Of a stretch of 24,517 bases of DNA, positions 24,517-24,517 are shown in pieces. Under the pieces are notes generated by a model. It was not told where the DNA came from. It worked only from the letters and a program-made list of their open reading frames with translations, and made no database searches. Position 1 is the first letter of the stretch. Every line of letters starts with the position of its first letter. Position numbers and translations under genes: made by a program. The DNA comes from a virus (Duplodnaviria > Caudoviricetes). The stretch covers positions 1 through 24,517 of IMG/VR virus record IMGVR_UViG_3300040985_001197; one strand, written 5' to 3'.

Positions 24517-24517
24517 T

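Larger units (their letters stand above)
1..24517. mobile_element. Tailed phage (Caudoviricetes) or prophage segment: packaging, head, non-contractile tail, lysis and small-gene region
   Basis: Canonical order TerL-portal-scaffold-capsid-neck-tube-chaperone-tape measure-tail tip-lysis, mostly with ATGA/TGATG overlaps. No sheath gene recognised, and no host genes or att sites visible. Confidence 0.96.

Noticed and set aside
1-24517. Alternative genetic code or stop reassignment suggested by the RF-like gene
   Set aside because: All core genes are intact under the standard code, and TAG, TGA and TAA all occur at tight gene junctions. No tRNA was seen.

Overview
High-GC (roughly 65-70% by eye) segment of a tailed dsDNA phage or prophage with a siphovirus-type layout. 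The + strand (24-22119) carries a tightly coupled late operon: putative small terminase, large terminase, portal, morphogenesis and scaffold genes, a Mu gpT-like major capsid protein, neck genes, tail tube, a tail assembly chaperone with a probable -1 frameshift, tape measure, tail-tip genes, a fibre/LamG module, and a lysis cassette (PG-binding + M23 endolysin and three membrane proteins). The - strand (21820-24517) carries a convergent array of small genes, many Cys-rich. The main unexplained signal is a conserved element (TATAAGGGCCGCGCC inside a CTCGGCG/CGCCGGG stem, then TAnnnT, GCGCAAC and GAGGTGA) lying exactly 66 nt before both the capsid gene and the 17617 fibre gene, with its core 12-mer repeated just after the chaperone slip site. 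Other signals are two gene-junction insertions bracketed by direct repeats of the downstream gene start, a release-factor-like domain lacking GGQ, a non-canonical M23 active site, and two micro-ORFs absent from the ORF track. No integrase, RNA gene or CRISPR array was seen. All family calls come from motif recognition and synteny, not from database searches.
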